From the UHGV virus genome UHGV-1368191: DNA of 64,000 nt. The stretch is one strand, 5' to 3'. The DNA comes from a virus. Made by a program: the position numbers and the translations under genes. The notes under the pieces were generated by a model that ran no database searches, was not told where the DNA came from, and worked only from the letters and a program-made list of their open reading frames with translations. Positions 25,984 through 35,113 of this stretch are shown here, piece after piece (the stretch's first letter is position 1; every line of letters starts with the position of its first letter).

Positions 25984-28900
25984 ATGTTAAGAGTTTATTG
26001 CACAGTAGTTACTCCTGAAATAAATGAAATGGCGGAGAAAATAGGGTTACATCCACAAATAGTTAATAACCTAATTTGTGTATGGCAAACCCTTAATAAT
26101 AAACCAAATCAATATCCTTCAGAGCAAGAACTACAAGAATTAATTAAAAACAGAGAAAGCTATAATGACGCTTTTAAGTATGCTATTCCTTATTATACTA
26201 GAAGCGAAGAAAAAGGCTATGGAGTACACTTTGATGAGAATGATAACCTAGTTATTAATCCTTATCCAAAAGATACGCAGCTTAAGGATGCCTTAAATAC
26301 ACTTCCTTTAGGAGTTCCTGAAGATCTTAAATCTGAAATAACTACGTTTAAAGAGCTTTACATAGTTCAGTTATATGCTGAAAGATTATTACAGACAGAT
26401 CCTAATTATGATATACAGGATAATCCAAATGCATATATAGCAGCTGTGACTGCCTCTATTAGAATGCTTATGGAAGGCAAAAAGAGGCATCTATATGATA
26501 CTACTAGTACTCCTGTTCCTACAAATCCCCAAGTAGAAAGTGAACAGAAGACTACTAAGACTCCTACCATTGAAAAATCTATAGAGTATACACTTCCTGG
26601 ACAGGGAAAACAGACTTATACTATAAAGGGTACACATATTTATAATAAAGATGGTAAAGAGGTCTTTAAAGAAGATAGTGTACACAGAAATAGGATATTT
26701 GCCAATTTAGCGGTTAAAGAAGGAAGAGCAGTAGTGGTAGAACATGGAGATACTAGTTATGTAGTTAATAACAAAGGACATATTATCTCAGTTGCTACAG
26801 GTAAGATGATGCAGTGGGGAGAAGAAAATAGTAATAGAAAAGCTATTCTGGAGGAAGCTAGGAAAAAGTTCTCCTCCAAGATATCTACTCAACAAAGTCA
26901 AAAAACTGTAACTTCTACTTTAGATACTAGGACTATATCTAACAAGACAGCCTCTTTTGGAGTTACTATATCAGAAAACATAATGGGTAATTATTCTGAA
27001 TGGCTTAAAGATAACCCAAATGGTATAGTAGCTTACAGGGTGGACAAGGAACATTTTAATACACCACAGCTTGTTCAAAGAGGTATTATAGGTAATCCAT
27101 TTAATTGGCAAAAGTATGGTGAGGGGAAATCCCTTCAGATGTTCTATGATTGGTTAACCACAGGTAATAATTTTGGGGAGGAAAGTGCTGCTGAGGAATA
27201 TAGAAAGGCTATTATTAATAAAATACTAAGTTCTCCAGTGGGTACTCCTATTCTATACTACAAAGAGAAGTACCAGCCTAGTCACGCCACTATGATTGGG
27301 TATTTAATTAACCATAAAGATCTACTTAATACTGGGATTGTTTCCAGTACCGAAATCACTACTTCTAAAGGAACTGATTATCCCTCTAGGACTAGAGAAA
27401 ATGCTGATTGGTCTGATATAACTATGGCTTTATTTACTGTAAGGTCTAATGGAGAAACTTTAACAGCTCAGGCTGCTGGTTCAAAAGACAGAAAACAAAT
27501 TGGAAACAGAACTATAAGAAATACCAAGGATAAGTATATAGAAGCTGAACTTAGCGATGATTTAAATAACCAAGCTACAATTATTGCTAATAATCTTGAA
27601 AAACAAATAAAAGAGAAAGGTCTTCCTACCAAGGGAATAAAGCTTAATATAGCTGGTAACGGTATCTATTCTTTTAGTGAAGGAGTATCACAAGAATATC
27701 TTAATGATTTAGTTTCTAGTGTTATTCAGATTCTTCAACAAAAGGGTATTACTATATCTAAGATAAGAAGTGGAGGACAGACTGGTGTAGATGAGGCTGG
27801 TATTATAGCTGCCCAAAGATTGGGTATTCCTAATGAAGTACATACTACTGCTGATTTTAAATTTAGAGGCAGAGATGGACAAGATATAAGAGGAGAAGAG
27901 AGATTTAAGGCAAGATTTATAAATCAACAAAGCACTGAAGGTGATAACAATAGAAGAGATATCCAGATAAAAGGGGAAAACATTTCTAGTAAGGGTTCAA
28001 CTTTTGCTAAAATGTTGACTAATCCTGGGAATGATCTTACAGTAGTCTATAAAGGCAAGACATTTAGGAATGCTGAACATGCTTATCAAACATGGAAATC
28101 AGGTGAATTTGATGAAGCTGCTTTTAATAGTACCGCTTTTAAACCTGTAGGCAAAAAGCCTGTAAATAAGTCCTCAAATTTTCAAACTATGGTAGAGATA
28201 CTCACTGCCAAGTTAGAGCAACATCCTGAATTGATTCAGGGCATCAATGACAGAAGGGGCATTGAGTATCTAAATAGGTCATGGCATGAAGTTACTGGTG
28301 ATGAATACTGGGAAAAACAAGGTAACTTTATGAAGGCTCTTATCCAAGCTTATAATAGAGTTAATTCTGACCAAAATACACAACAGGAAGAGGGAACTCC
28401 TGAAGACCTTCCTGAAATAGGTATTCCTGAAGCACTTGCAAGCCAGGTACAGGTAAATAAGGAAAGTCCAAGAGCTATTCTTTCAAGGCAAATGAGTCCT
28501 CAAGAAATAACTAGGAGGGAGGATATGATAGCCAGGGATTTCTCTGATATTATTAATGATGCCCTAAGTGACATGCAAGAAGGTCTTAGAAATGATATAG
28601 AGAATGAAAAAGACCCACTAAGAAGGCTGCAATTATCCCAGAAATTAAATGCACTGGAAGATCCTGTCAAAGGTAGAAGAGCCGCTATAACAGAGCTTGG
28701 AATCGAGGAAATCTTGAATAGAATGAAAGAAGAATATCAAGAATGGATTGACATGGACAGCTCTGAGATAGACTCTTATCTAGGAAAAGGGAAAGCTGAC
28801 TATGTAAAACAAGCTTATCAAAAAGTTCTTGATAATTTTGATCTCCTGTTTGATGAGGCAAGCTCTATGATAGAACAGAAAGAGCACTTAAGAATAACGA

Positions 28901-31900
28901 GAGGAGATACTAAAGAAGTACAGAATACAGAAGACCAAGAACAAGTTTTAGAGGAGGAACTTGGTGATGATGATAGTGGTAACAGAGTAAGTGGGAATGA
29001 AGGGTATACATTCAAAATTAGATTTGTGGATCCTTTTACTTCTATTAGGGCTGAAACTAGGAAAGTCCTTAGTGACATAAAACAGATTGATACAGAAGGG
29101 AATGTAGCCACTGATGATTTAGGTAGAACTATTTATGTTAGGGAAGACTTTGCTCACTCAGCACTGCTGGCTTCCCTTAATTGGATGGATAACCCTAATG
29201 ATTTCAGTGTTAAGAATGCAGATGGTACTTATAGCTTACCCGCATTGGAAAATGCCGCTATGATATATCCTTGGATTAATCAGGTAATAGAGGAATTAGA
29301 GGCTGATCCAAACCTGATAAGTGTCTTCTATAATGATTTCAGAAAAGACTATATATCTTATTGGATGCAAAGAGATGGAAAAGTATTCCCTATGAATTCT
29401 CCTATAGACTATGAAGGAACTTTTAGGGGAATACAACGTAATTATGAGAGTGGCTCTCCACAGGATGATGACTCTATTTTTGATGTTAACCTGAAAATCA
29501 GTAAAGCTAATATAAGGAAAGCCAGAACCCTACTTACTAATGTAAGAAAGAGCCTTAGTAAAGCTGTGTATAGTGAGGATATGGAAACTATAGTTCCTTC
29601 TATACAAAAACTTCTCAATATAATTGGATTTAGCTCTACTAACCTGAATTTGACCCAATTAAAGGATATAAGTAATGTTGGGTTAGCGAACACAATCCTT
29701 GATAGTATAGCTAGAGTACTTGATAACAGTGATACTCTTCAAGAAGGACAACACTATGTTGATACTGTTAGAGACCCTCTTAATATAATAGCTAAATTAG
29801 TAGGCAAAGTTACTGAACTGGATGCTCAAGTAACATTTAGGCAAGGTAAGAACTCATATCCTTCATATGCTGTTCCAAATTATATAGAAACTGTGTTTAA
29901 AAAGCTCCTTAAAAAGGATGATGACCAGAGGAATGAGTATTTACAAAATGAATTTGGAAAGTATGCCTGGTTCAAGAATAAAAACGGGGAATGGAATAAT
30001 GAATGGCTTAGGCTTATAGAAGAGGATCCCAATGTGAGAGACATGGTAACCCTGGTTAATATGTTCAATATGGAAGGAGTTGACTATGAAAACTGGTCAC
30101 CTAGTCTTATTACTACAGGGTTCATGAATATGTATTTTGCTATTGATGAGAATCCAGACTTGGATACCCAATATGGATATTATAACTTCCCCATATTCTC
30201 TGATACAAAGATGGCCACTTTTGTCAAATTCATTAAATATACTGGTGACTATAGAAGTAAATTAATCCCATTATATAGAAAACTAGTTAATCAAGAATTA
30301 AAGAGAATAAGACTGGTAGAGGATAGGGCTAAAAAGGGTATTCCTCCAATAAGTAATTTTGATAAAAGAGGAAAAAGATTCTGTTTTCTTCCTGAACTTA
30401 ATACTCTTAAATTAGATTTTGAGGGTAAAGAAATGACTCTCCTTGATATAGTGAGAGAGTTAAATAGGAGGGGTAATGTAAAGAGTATTGATGCCTACAT
30501 TGATAGTGCTATAAACTGGACTATAGATAAACTGGCTGATGACTTTATCTCTAATCATAAAGAGGTAGTAAGTGATGAGAGTCTTGATAAAATAAAAAAG
30601 GCTACTGGAGTAAAGAGTGATGAGGCTGCTGTTGACAAGATTAGGGAATATGTATGGAATCAAATATTCGCTACTTCACAAATGGTTCAAATGGTAACTA
30701 CTGACTTAGCCTATTATGCGAGTGATACTGATTTTCAAAAGAGATTTAAGGAGGTATATGCAGCTGGAACTAAGTTGAATACTAACAGTAAATATGGAAG
30801 AAAGACAGAAAGAACTGTCTATATCAGGGACAATATAGTAACTTCTCCTACTTATATCCCTCTTAAGGAGATGTTTACTAAAGCTTATAAAGAGGAAAGA
30901 ATAACCAAGATGGATTTGGATTCTATTCTTTATAAGTTCAGAAACATAAATAGTGTAGATGGACAAGCTTATAGAAGTTTAAGTTCTTATAGATCTATAC
31001 TGGATATGCTAGGAAGGTGGACTCCTAAGATGGAGGAAGCTTTTGATAGATTAAATAAAGGCAATTGGGATATTAGTGACTTTGATATAATATGGCAGAC
31101 TATTAAACCTTTTGTCTATGGCCAAGTTGAGACTCCTGATGGGTTAGGGGGACTACTAAGAACCCCTCATCAAAACAAGAACTCAGAGTTTCTACTATTA
31201 GCTACCTATCAAGTCCTAGGAACAGTATTGAATAACTCTCCACAATTAAGAGGACTTAATAAGTTCATGGAAACGAATAATATTGATGTAGTCCAATTTG
31301 AATCTGCTGTGAAAGTAGGTTGTAGTGGAGTTATAGACATTAATGTAAGTCCTTCAAAAATTAAAAAGGCATCTGAAGACAGATTTATAGAGGTTAATGG
31401 AGAGAAATATGATGTTCCTGATATCAGTGGGTTGAACATCAGTAAAGCTTTTGACCAGATAAAGGAGTACTTTGATAATAGACTGGAAAGAGGCAGTATT
31501 ACACAGCAGGAGTATAATAATATCATTGATTACCTTAAGCCAACAGAAACTGAGGTATTTAATACCTTAGTTGAGAATACAAGAAAGAAGATTAATGATA
31601 CTGATGTTCTTACTAAGGATAATTACAACAAGACTACAGTGCATGAAATAAGCTATGATGATTACATGATAGCCCAGCCTACTCCAGAGCATCTGTTTGA
31701 TGTTGAATCTATAATAGGTTCTCAGTTCAGGAACCTTATATACTCAGATCTCCCTGAAGATATAGAAATTAATCTTGGAGATATCACTATTAAGGGAAGG
31801 GACAATGTAAAGAGATATTATTTCTCTCTTATGGTTGAGAACCTCTTGGATTCATATAAAGAGGTCAATGAGGTTTTTTCAAGCATAGAAACTCTTCAGA

Positions 31901-34900
31901 ACAGGCTACTTTCTATTATTAAAGGCAACCCTAAATATAATAGGGATTTGCTTAATGCCCTGGAAATAGTTGAAGTTAATGGAAGAAAGGTATTCAATGT
32001 TCCCTTTAATGATAAAATAACTTCTACTAAACTAGAGGAGCTACTTACCTCTATATTCAAGAATGGAATAGCTAAGCAATACATTAAGGGTGCTTCCTGT
32101 ATATTGGTATCTAATTTTGGATTTACCAATGAGCTAGAGGTAGTAAGAAGGAGAGATGGTAGTATTGAAGCTGTAGAGTGTTATTTACCTGCATATAGTA
32201 GAAAGTTCTATGAGCCATTTTTAACAGAAGTGAAAAATAAAAAAGGTGTAACTATAGGATATAAAATAGACTATAATAAGTTAAAAGGTGCTGATAAGAA
32301 ACTTCTTGATTTTGTAGGATACAGAATACCTACTGAGGCTAAATACAGTATGATTCCCTTAAGAATAAAGGGATTTCTTCCTCAACAAAATGGTAGTGCT
32401 ATAATGCTCCCTTCAGAGATTACTACTCTCAGTGGTTGTGACTTTGATGTTGACAAGCTGTTTATGATGCTTCCTGAGTTTAAAAGAGAGCAAATATATG
32501 ATGTAGACAGAGCTTGGAGAGACTTCTATAATGATCCTAGTAATAGTGATATTGTTAATGAAATTAATAAGAATATCACAGAGGGAGCTAAGAGAAAGAA
32601 TATGTCTGAAAGAGACTTTCTACAGCTTGTTTATGATAATGGCTATAAGAAGTATGATCTTTCAGAAACAGCTCAAGAGAGATTTAGTGACTGGTTTAAA
32701 GGAAGAAAGAAGAACTACTTTGTCGAGGAGAAATTTGAGGTAATTAATTATGACCATAGCAAAGAACCAAAAGATAACAGTAGGGAACAGAGAAATAATG
32801 AGATAATAAATATCGCTTTTCAAATCCTTACTAATAAAATGGTGGGAGAGGACTCACAAAGTCCTGGTAACTTTGATGTACTTAAACATGATGCTAGAGT
32901 CAGGGAAATCACCAGTAATATAAATTATGTTCACGAGTACATGAGAAGAAATAGAATCAAGAACTATGATGATTTTATATATGAGGTTCTTAATGACTCC
33001 TTGGAGAATCTTACTGAATTTCTTAAGGAAGTAAAGGAAGAAAGAAATTCTCTTACTGTGGATACATTTATCTATTATCACAACCAAAATATGGTGGGTA
33101 AAGTATTAGTTGGAATCTATGCTAATAATACCACTATGCAAGCTAAATTCCAGGGAACTGGTCTAGCATTAAAAGATGGATTTGAGTTCACTATAGATGG
33201 AAGGGTAATAAAGAGCTTATCTGATATTTACACAACTGAGAATGGTGCTAAGGTTAAGATATCAAAGAATTGTCAACAATTCTCAGCTGCCTCAGTTGAT
33301 AATGTAAAGGACCCAGTTTTAGCTTTCTTAATGCAGAATAAGAACACCGCCAATACAGCTTGTTTTATGCTAAGAGCTGGAATGAGTATCCCTGAAATAG
33401 GAGCCTTCTTTAATATCCCCATTGTAAAACAATGTATAGAGGAAACAGGAGGACTTAGGGAGTTAAGTTCCTATATTTCCAATGTAGAAACATCTTTGGC
33501 TGAACTATTATCCATGAGAGAATATAAGGTTAAGCCTATAAATTCTACTACTTTAGTAGACATAATGCTCACCACACTGGAGTCTAGAGGTATAACACCT
33601 GAAACTCCTATAGAAAGACAAATCCAAATAATAGAAAAAGAACTTCAATTAGCAAAGTTATTATTGAGAATATCTAAATATGGAGATGCTCTTGGGGAGA
33701 CAGTACAGGCTTATAGAGCTGATTCTCCTAAGGCTGCTATAGGAAGAAGTGTTGCCATAGCTAAGATACAAACACTAAATATAGATAGGCTTATAAGGAA
33801 GTCAAGACTCTCTGATTTTCCTCTTACTGGAATAGAGAATATAGTAAGGAATAATTATATTACCCCTGATATGACTATAGACCAAATGAGGGAAGCTCTT
33901 ATGAATTCCAAGATGCCCATGCTTCAAGCATTCTACTCTTTAGGAATAGAATTTGGTGTTAAAAAACTGGCTGATTATTTTGCTACAGCTGGAGATTATG
34001 CTAATCAAGTAATTGATTTCGTGAATACTCTTTCTATAAGACCTTTAAGAGAAAGAGATGTTCAAACCATCTATAATGCTCTTATACAATTTGCTCTTAG
34101 TGATACAGAGTTATTTGGGGAGAGCAGTGAGATGTCTTTAGAGGAAAAGAGAAATTATTACTTATCAGTATTTCCTAAGGAATTTACTAGGATTGTAAGT
34201 GAAAACCCTGATATAGCTAAGATACCTTTTATACAAAAAATCAGTAATAGTCCCTCTGGAATTATAATGAGGGATTCCTCAAGAAATAGTCACCAATTGA
34301 TAGATTTATTAATGAATAGTGCTGATACATTACTATATATGGATAGTAATCCTGTAGCATGGAAATTGGCATTTCATCTATTCAATTATGCCTATTTCAA
34401 AGAAGGACTTAATTATGGTCCCAGTAGCTTCTCTCAATATTTCAGTACTGTTTGGAAAACATCATTCCCAGAGTATATAGATACCCTTAGGGAGCTTAAT
34501 ACTTCAATGGGAGTCTCTGATAAATGGAGCAGGTTTATAACACAATACTATGCCAACAATCCAGTGATGGCTCCTACTATCGTTGTACCAAGAGATTATT
34601 ACTCAGAAGATAGGAAGATAGTAAGGATACCTAGTAAAGAAGTTTCCAATAGAAATTTAGTAGTTCCAACACCTGTTGAGTTCTTTTATGATCCCAATGA
34701 ACTTACTGTGTATAGACTTAACACTGAATCTATGGAAAATGAAATTCTACAATATGATAGAATATCAACAACACCTGGTAACCTTTATGATGCTAATAAG
34801 GAGTCTAATGATATGGTAGCTGAAAATGAGAAATATCAAAAATCAGCTGAAAAGATGATACAAGCTGAGAAAGAAAGAAGAAATCCTGGTGTTCAAGGAG

Positions 34901-35112
34901 GACAAATTACAGGAAATAGTAATCCAGCTATAAACAATAATGAGGATATATCTTTATTAGGAGTTGATACTGGAACTATTGATGCTATATTGGGAGAACT
35001 GGATGCTGCCGTTGAGGCATCTGAAGAGTATAGTCCTGAAGAGGGATTAAAAGAAGAAGGGTTAAATCCATGTAAAAAAGGTAATGGTGACAATGTAATA
35101 AAGGAGTTATAA
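25984..35112 (+). CDS. giant virion-packaged RNA polymerase-like protein (crAss-like gp66 type) with N-terminal NADAR + SLOG accessory module
   Basis: About 3040 aa. SGCDFDVDKLFMM sits about aa 2160, matching the DFDxD catalytic aspartate motif of the phi14:2 virion RNAP as I recall it. The ORF-track TTG start at 25960 lies inside the promoter motif, so the first ATG at 25984 is preferred. The N-terminal about 800 aa are extra relative to the about 2200-aa phi14:2 protein and contain a NADAR domain (KGKTFRNAEHAYQTWKSGEF...KLEQHPELIQGI...GDEYW) and a GGQTGVD SLOG motif. Confidence 0.55.
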   Translation: MLRVYCTVVTPEINEMAEKIGLHPQIVNNLICVWQTLNNKPNQYPSEQELQELIKNRESYNDAFKYAIPYYTRSEEKGYGVHFDENDNLVINPYPKDTQLKDALNTLPLGVPEDLKSEITTFKELYIVQLYAERLLQTDPNYDIQDNPNAYIAAVTASIRMLMEGKKRHLYDTTSTPVPTNPQVESEQKTTKTPTIEKSIEYTLPGQGKQTYTIKGTHIYNKDGKEVFKEDSVHRNRIFANLAVKEGRAVVVEHGDTSYVVNNKGHIISVATGKMMQWGEENSNRKAILEEARKKFSSKISTQQSQKTVTSTLDTRTISNKTASFGVTISENIMGNYSEWLKDNPNGIVAYRVDKEHFNTPQLVQRGIIGNPFNWQKYGEGKSLQMFYDWLTTGNNFGEESAAEEYRKAIINKILSSPVGTPILYYKEKYQPSHATMIGYLINHKDLLNTGIVSSTEITTSKGTDYPSRTRENADWSDITMALFTVRSNGETLTAQAAGSKDRKQIGNRTIRNTKDKYIEAELSDDLNNQATIIANNLEKQIKEKGLPTKGIKLNIAGNGIYSFSEGVSQEYLNDLVSSVIQILQQKGITISKIRSGGQTGVDEAGIIAAQRLGIPNEVHTTADFKFRGRDGQDIRGEERFKARFINQQSTEGDNNRRDIQIKGENISSKGSTFAKMLTNPGNDLTVVYKGKTFRNAEHAYQTWKSGEFDEAAFNSTAFKPVGKKPVNKSSNFQTMVEILTAKLEQHPELIQGINDRRGIEYLNRSWHEVTGDEYWEKQGNFMKALIQAYNRVNSDQNTQQEEGTPEDLPEIGIPEALASQVQVNKESPRAILSRQMSPQEITRREDMIARDFSDIINDALSDMQEGLRNDIENEKDPLRRLQLSQKLNALEDPVKGRRAAITELGIEEILNRMKEEYQEWIDMDSSEIDSYLGKGKADYVKQAYQKVLDNFDLLFDEASSMIEQKEHLRITRGDTKEVQNTEDQEQVLEEELGDDDSGNRVSGNEGYTFKIRFVDPFTSIRAETRKVLSDIKQIDTEGNVATDDLGRTIYVREDFAHSALLASLNWMDNPNDFSVKNADGTYSLPALENAAMIYPWINQVIEELEADPNLISVFYNDFRKDYISYWMQRDGKVFPMNSPIDYEGTFRGIQRNYESGSPQDDDSIFDVNLKISKANIRKARTLLTNVRKSLSKAVYSEDMETIVPSIQKLLNIIGFSSTNLNLTQLKDISNVGLANTILDSIARVLDNSDTLQEGQHYVDTVRDPLNIIAKLVGKVTELDAQVTFRQGKNSYPSYAVPNYIETVFKKLLKKDDDQRNEYLQNEFGKYAWFKNKNGEWNNEWLRLIEEDPNVRDMVTLVNMFNMEGVDYENWSPSLITTGFMNMYFAIDENPDLDTQYGYYNFPIFSDTKMATFVKFIKYTGDYRSKLIPLYRKLVNQELKRIRLVEDRAKKGIPPISNFDKRGKRFCFLPELNTLKLDFEGKEMTLLDIVRELNRRGNVKSIDAYIDSAINWTIDKLADDFISNHKEVVSDESLDKIKKATGVKSDEAAVDKIREYVWNQIFATSQMVQMVTTDLAYYASDTDFQKRFKEVYAAGTKLNTNSKYGRKTERTVYIRDNIVTSPTYIPLKEMFTKAYKEERITKMDLDSILYKFRNINSVDGQAYRSLSSYRSILDMLGRWTPKMEEAFDRLNKGNWDISDFDIIWQTIKPFVYGQVETPDGLGGLLRTPHQNKNSEFLLLATYQVLGTVLNNSPQLRGLNKFMETNNIDVVQFESAVKVGCSGVIDINVSPSKIKKASEDRFIEVNGEKYDVPDISGLNISKAFDQIKEYFDNRLERGSITQQEYNNIIDYLKPTETEVFNTLVENTRKKINDTDVLTKDNYNKTTVHEISYDDYMIAQPTPEHLFDVESIIGSQFRNLIYSDLPEDIEINLGDITIKGRDNVKRYYFSLMVENLLDSYKEVNEVFSSIETLQNRLLSIIKGNPKYNRDLLNALEIVEVNGRKVFNVPFNDKITSTKLEELLTSIFKNGIAKQYIKGASCILVSNFGFTNELEVVRRRDGSIEAVECYLPAYSRKFYEPFLTEVKNKKGVTIGYKIDYNKLKGADKKLLDFVGYRIPTEAKYSMIPLRIKGFLPQQNGSAIMLPSEITTLSGCDFDVDKLFMMLPEFKREQIYDVDRAWRDFYNDPSNSDIVNEINKNITEGAKRKNMSERDFLQLVYDNGYKKYDLSETAQERFSDWFKGRKKNYFVEEKFEVINYDHSKEPKDNSREQRNNEIINIAFQILTNKMVGEDSQSPGNFDVLKHDARVREITSNINYVHEYMRRNRIKNYDDFIYEVLNDSLENLTEFLKEVKEERNSLTVDTFIYYHNQNMVGKVLVGIYANNTTMQAKFQGTGLALKDGFEFTIDGRVIKSLSDIYTTENGAKVKISKNCQQFSAASVDNVKDPVLAFLMQNKNTANTACFMLRAGMSIPEIGAFFNIPIVKQCIEETGGLRELSSYISNVETSLAELLSMREYKVKPINSTTLVDIMLTTLESRGITPETPIERQIQIIEKELQLAKLLLRISKYGDALGETVQAYRADSPKAAIGRSVAIAKIQTLNIDRLIRKSRLSDFPLTGIENIVRNNYITPDMTIDQMREALMNSKMPMLQAFYSLGIEFGVKKLADYFATAGDYANQVIDFVNTLSIRPLRERDVQTIYNALIQFALSDTELFGESSEMSLEEKRNYYLSVFPKEFTRIVSENPDIAKIPFIQKISNSPSGIIMRDSSRNSHQLIDLLMNSADTLLYMDSNPVAWKLAFHLFNYAYFKEGLNYGPSSFSQYFSTVWKTSFPEYIDTLRELNTSMGVSDKWSRFITQYYANNPVMAPTIVVPRDYYSEDRKIVRIPSKEVSNRNLVVPTPVEFFYDPNELTVYRLNTESMENEILQYDRISTTPGNLYDANKESNDMVAENEKYQKSAEKMIQAEKERRNPGVQGGQITGNSNPAINNNEDISLLGVDTGTIDAILGELDAAVEASEEYSPEEGLKEEGLNPCKKGNGDNVIKEL

Positions 35113-35113
35113 T

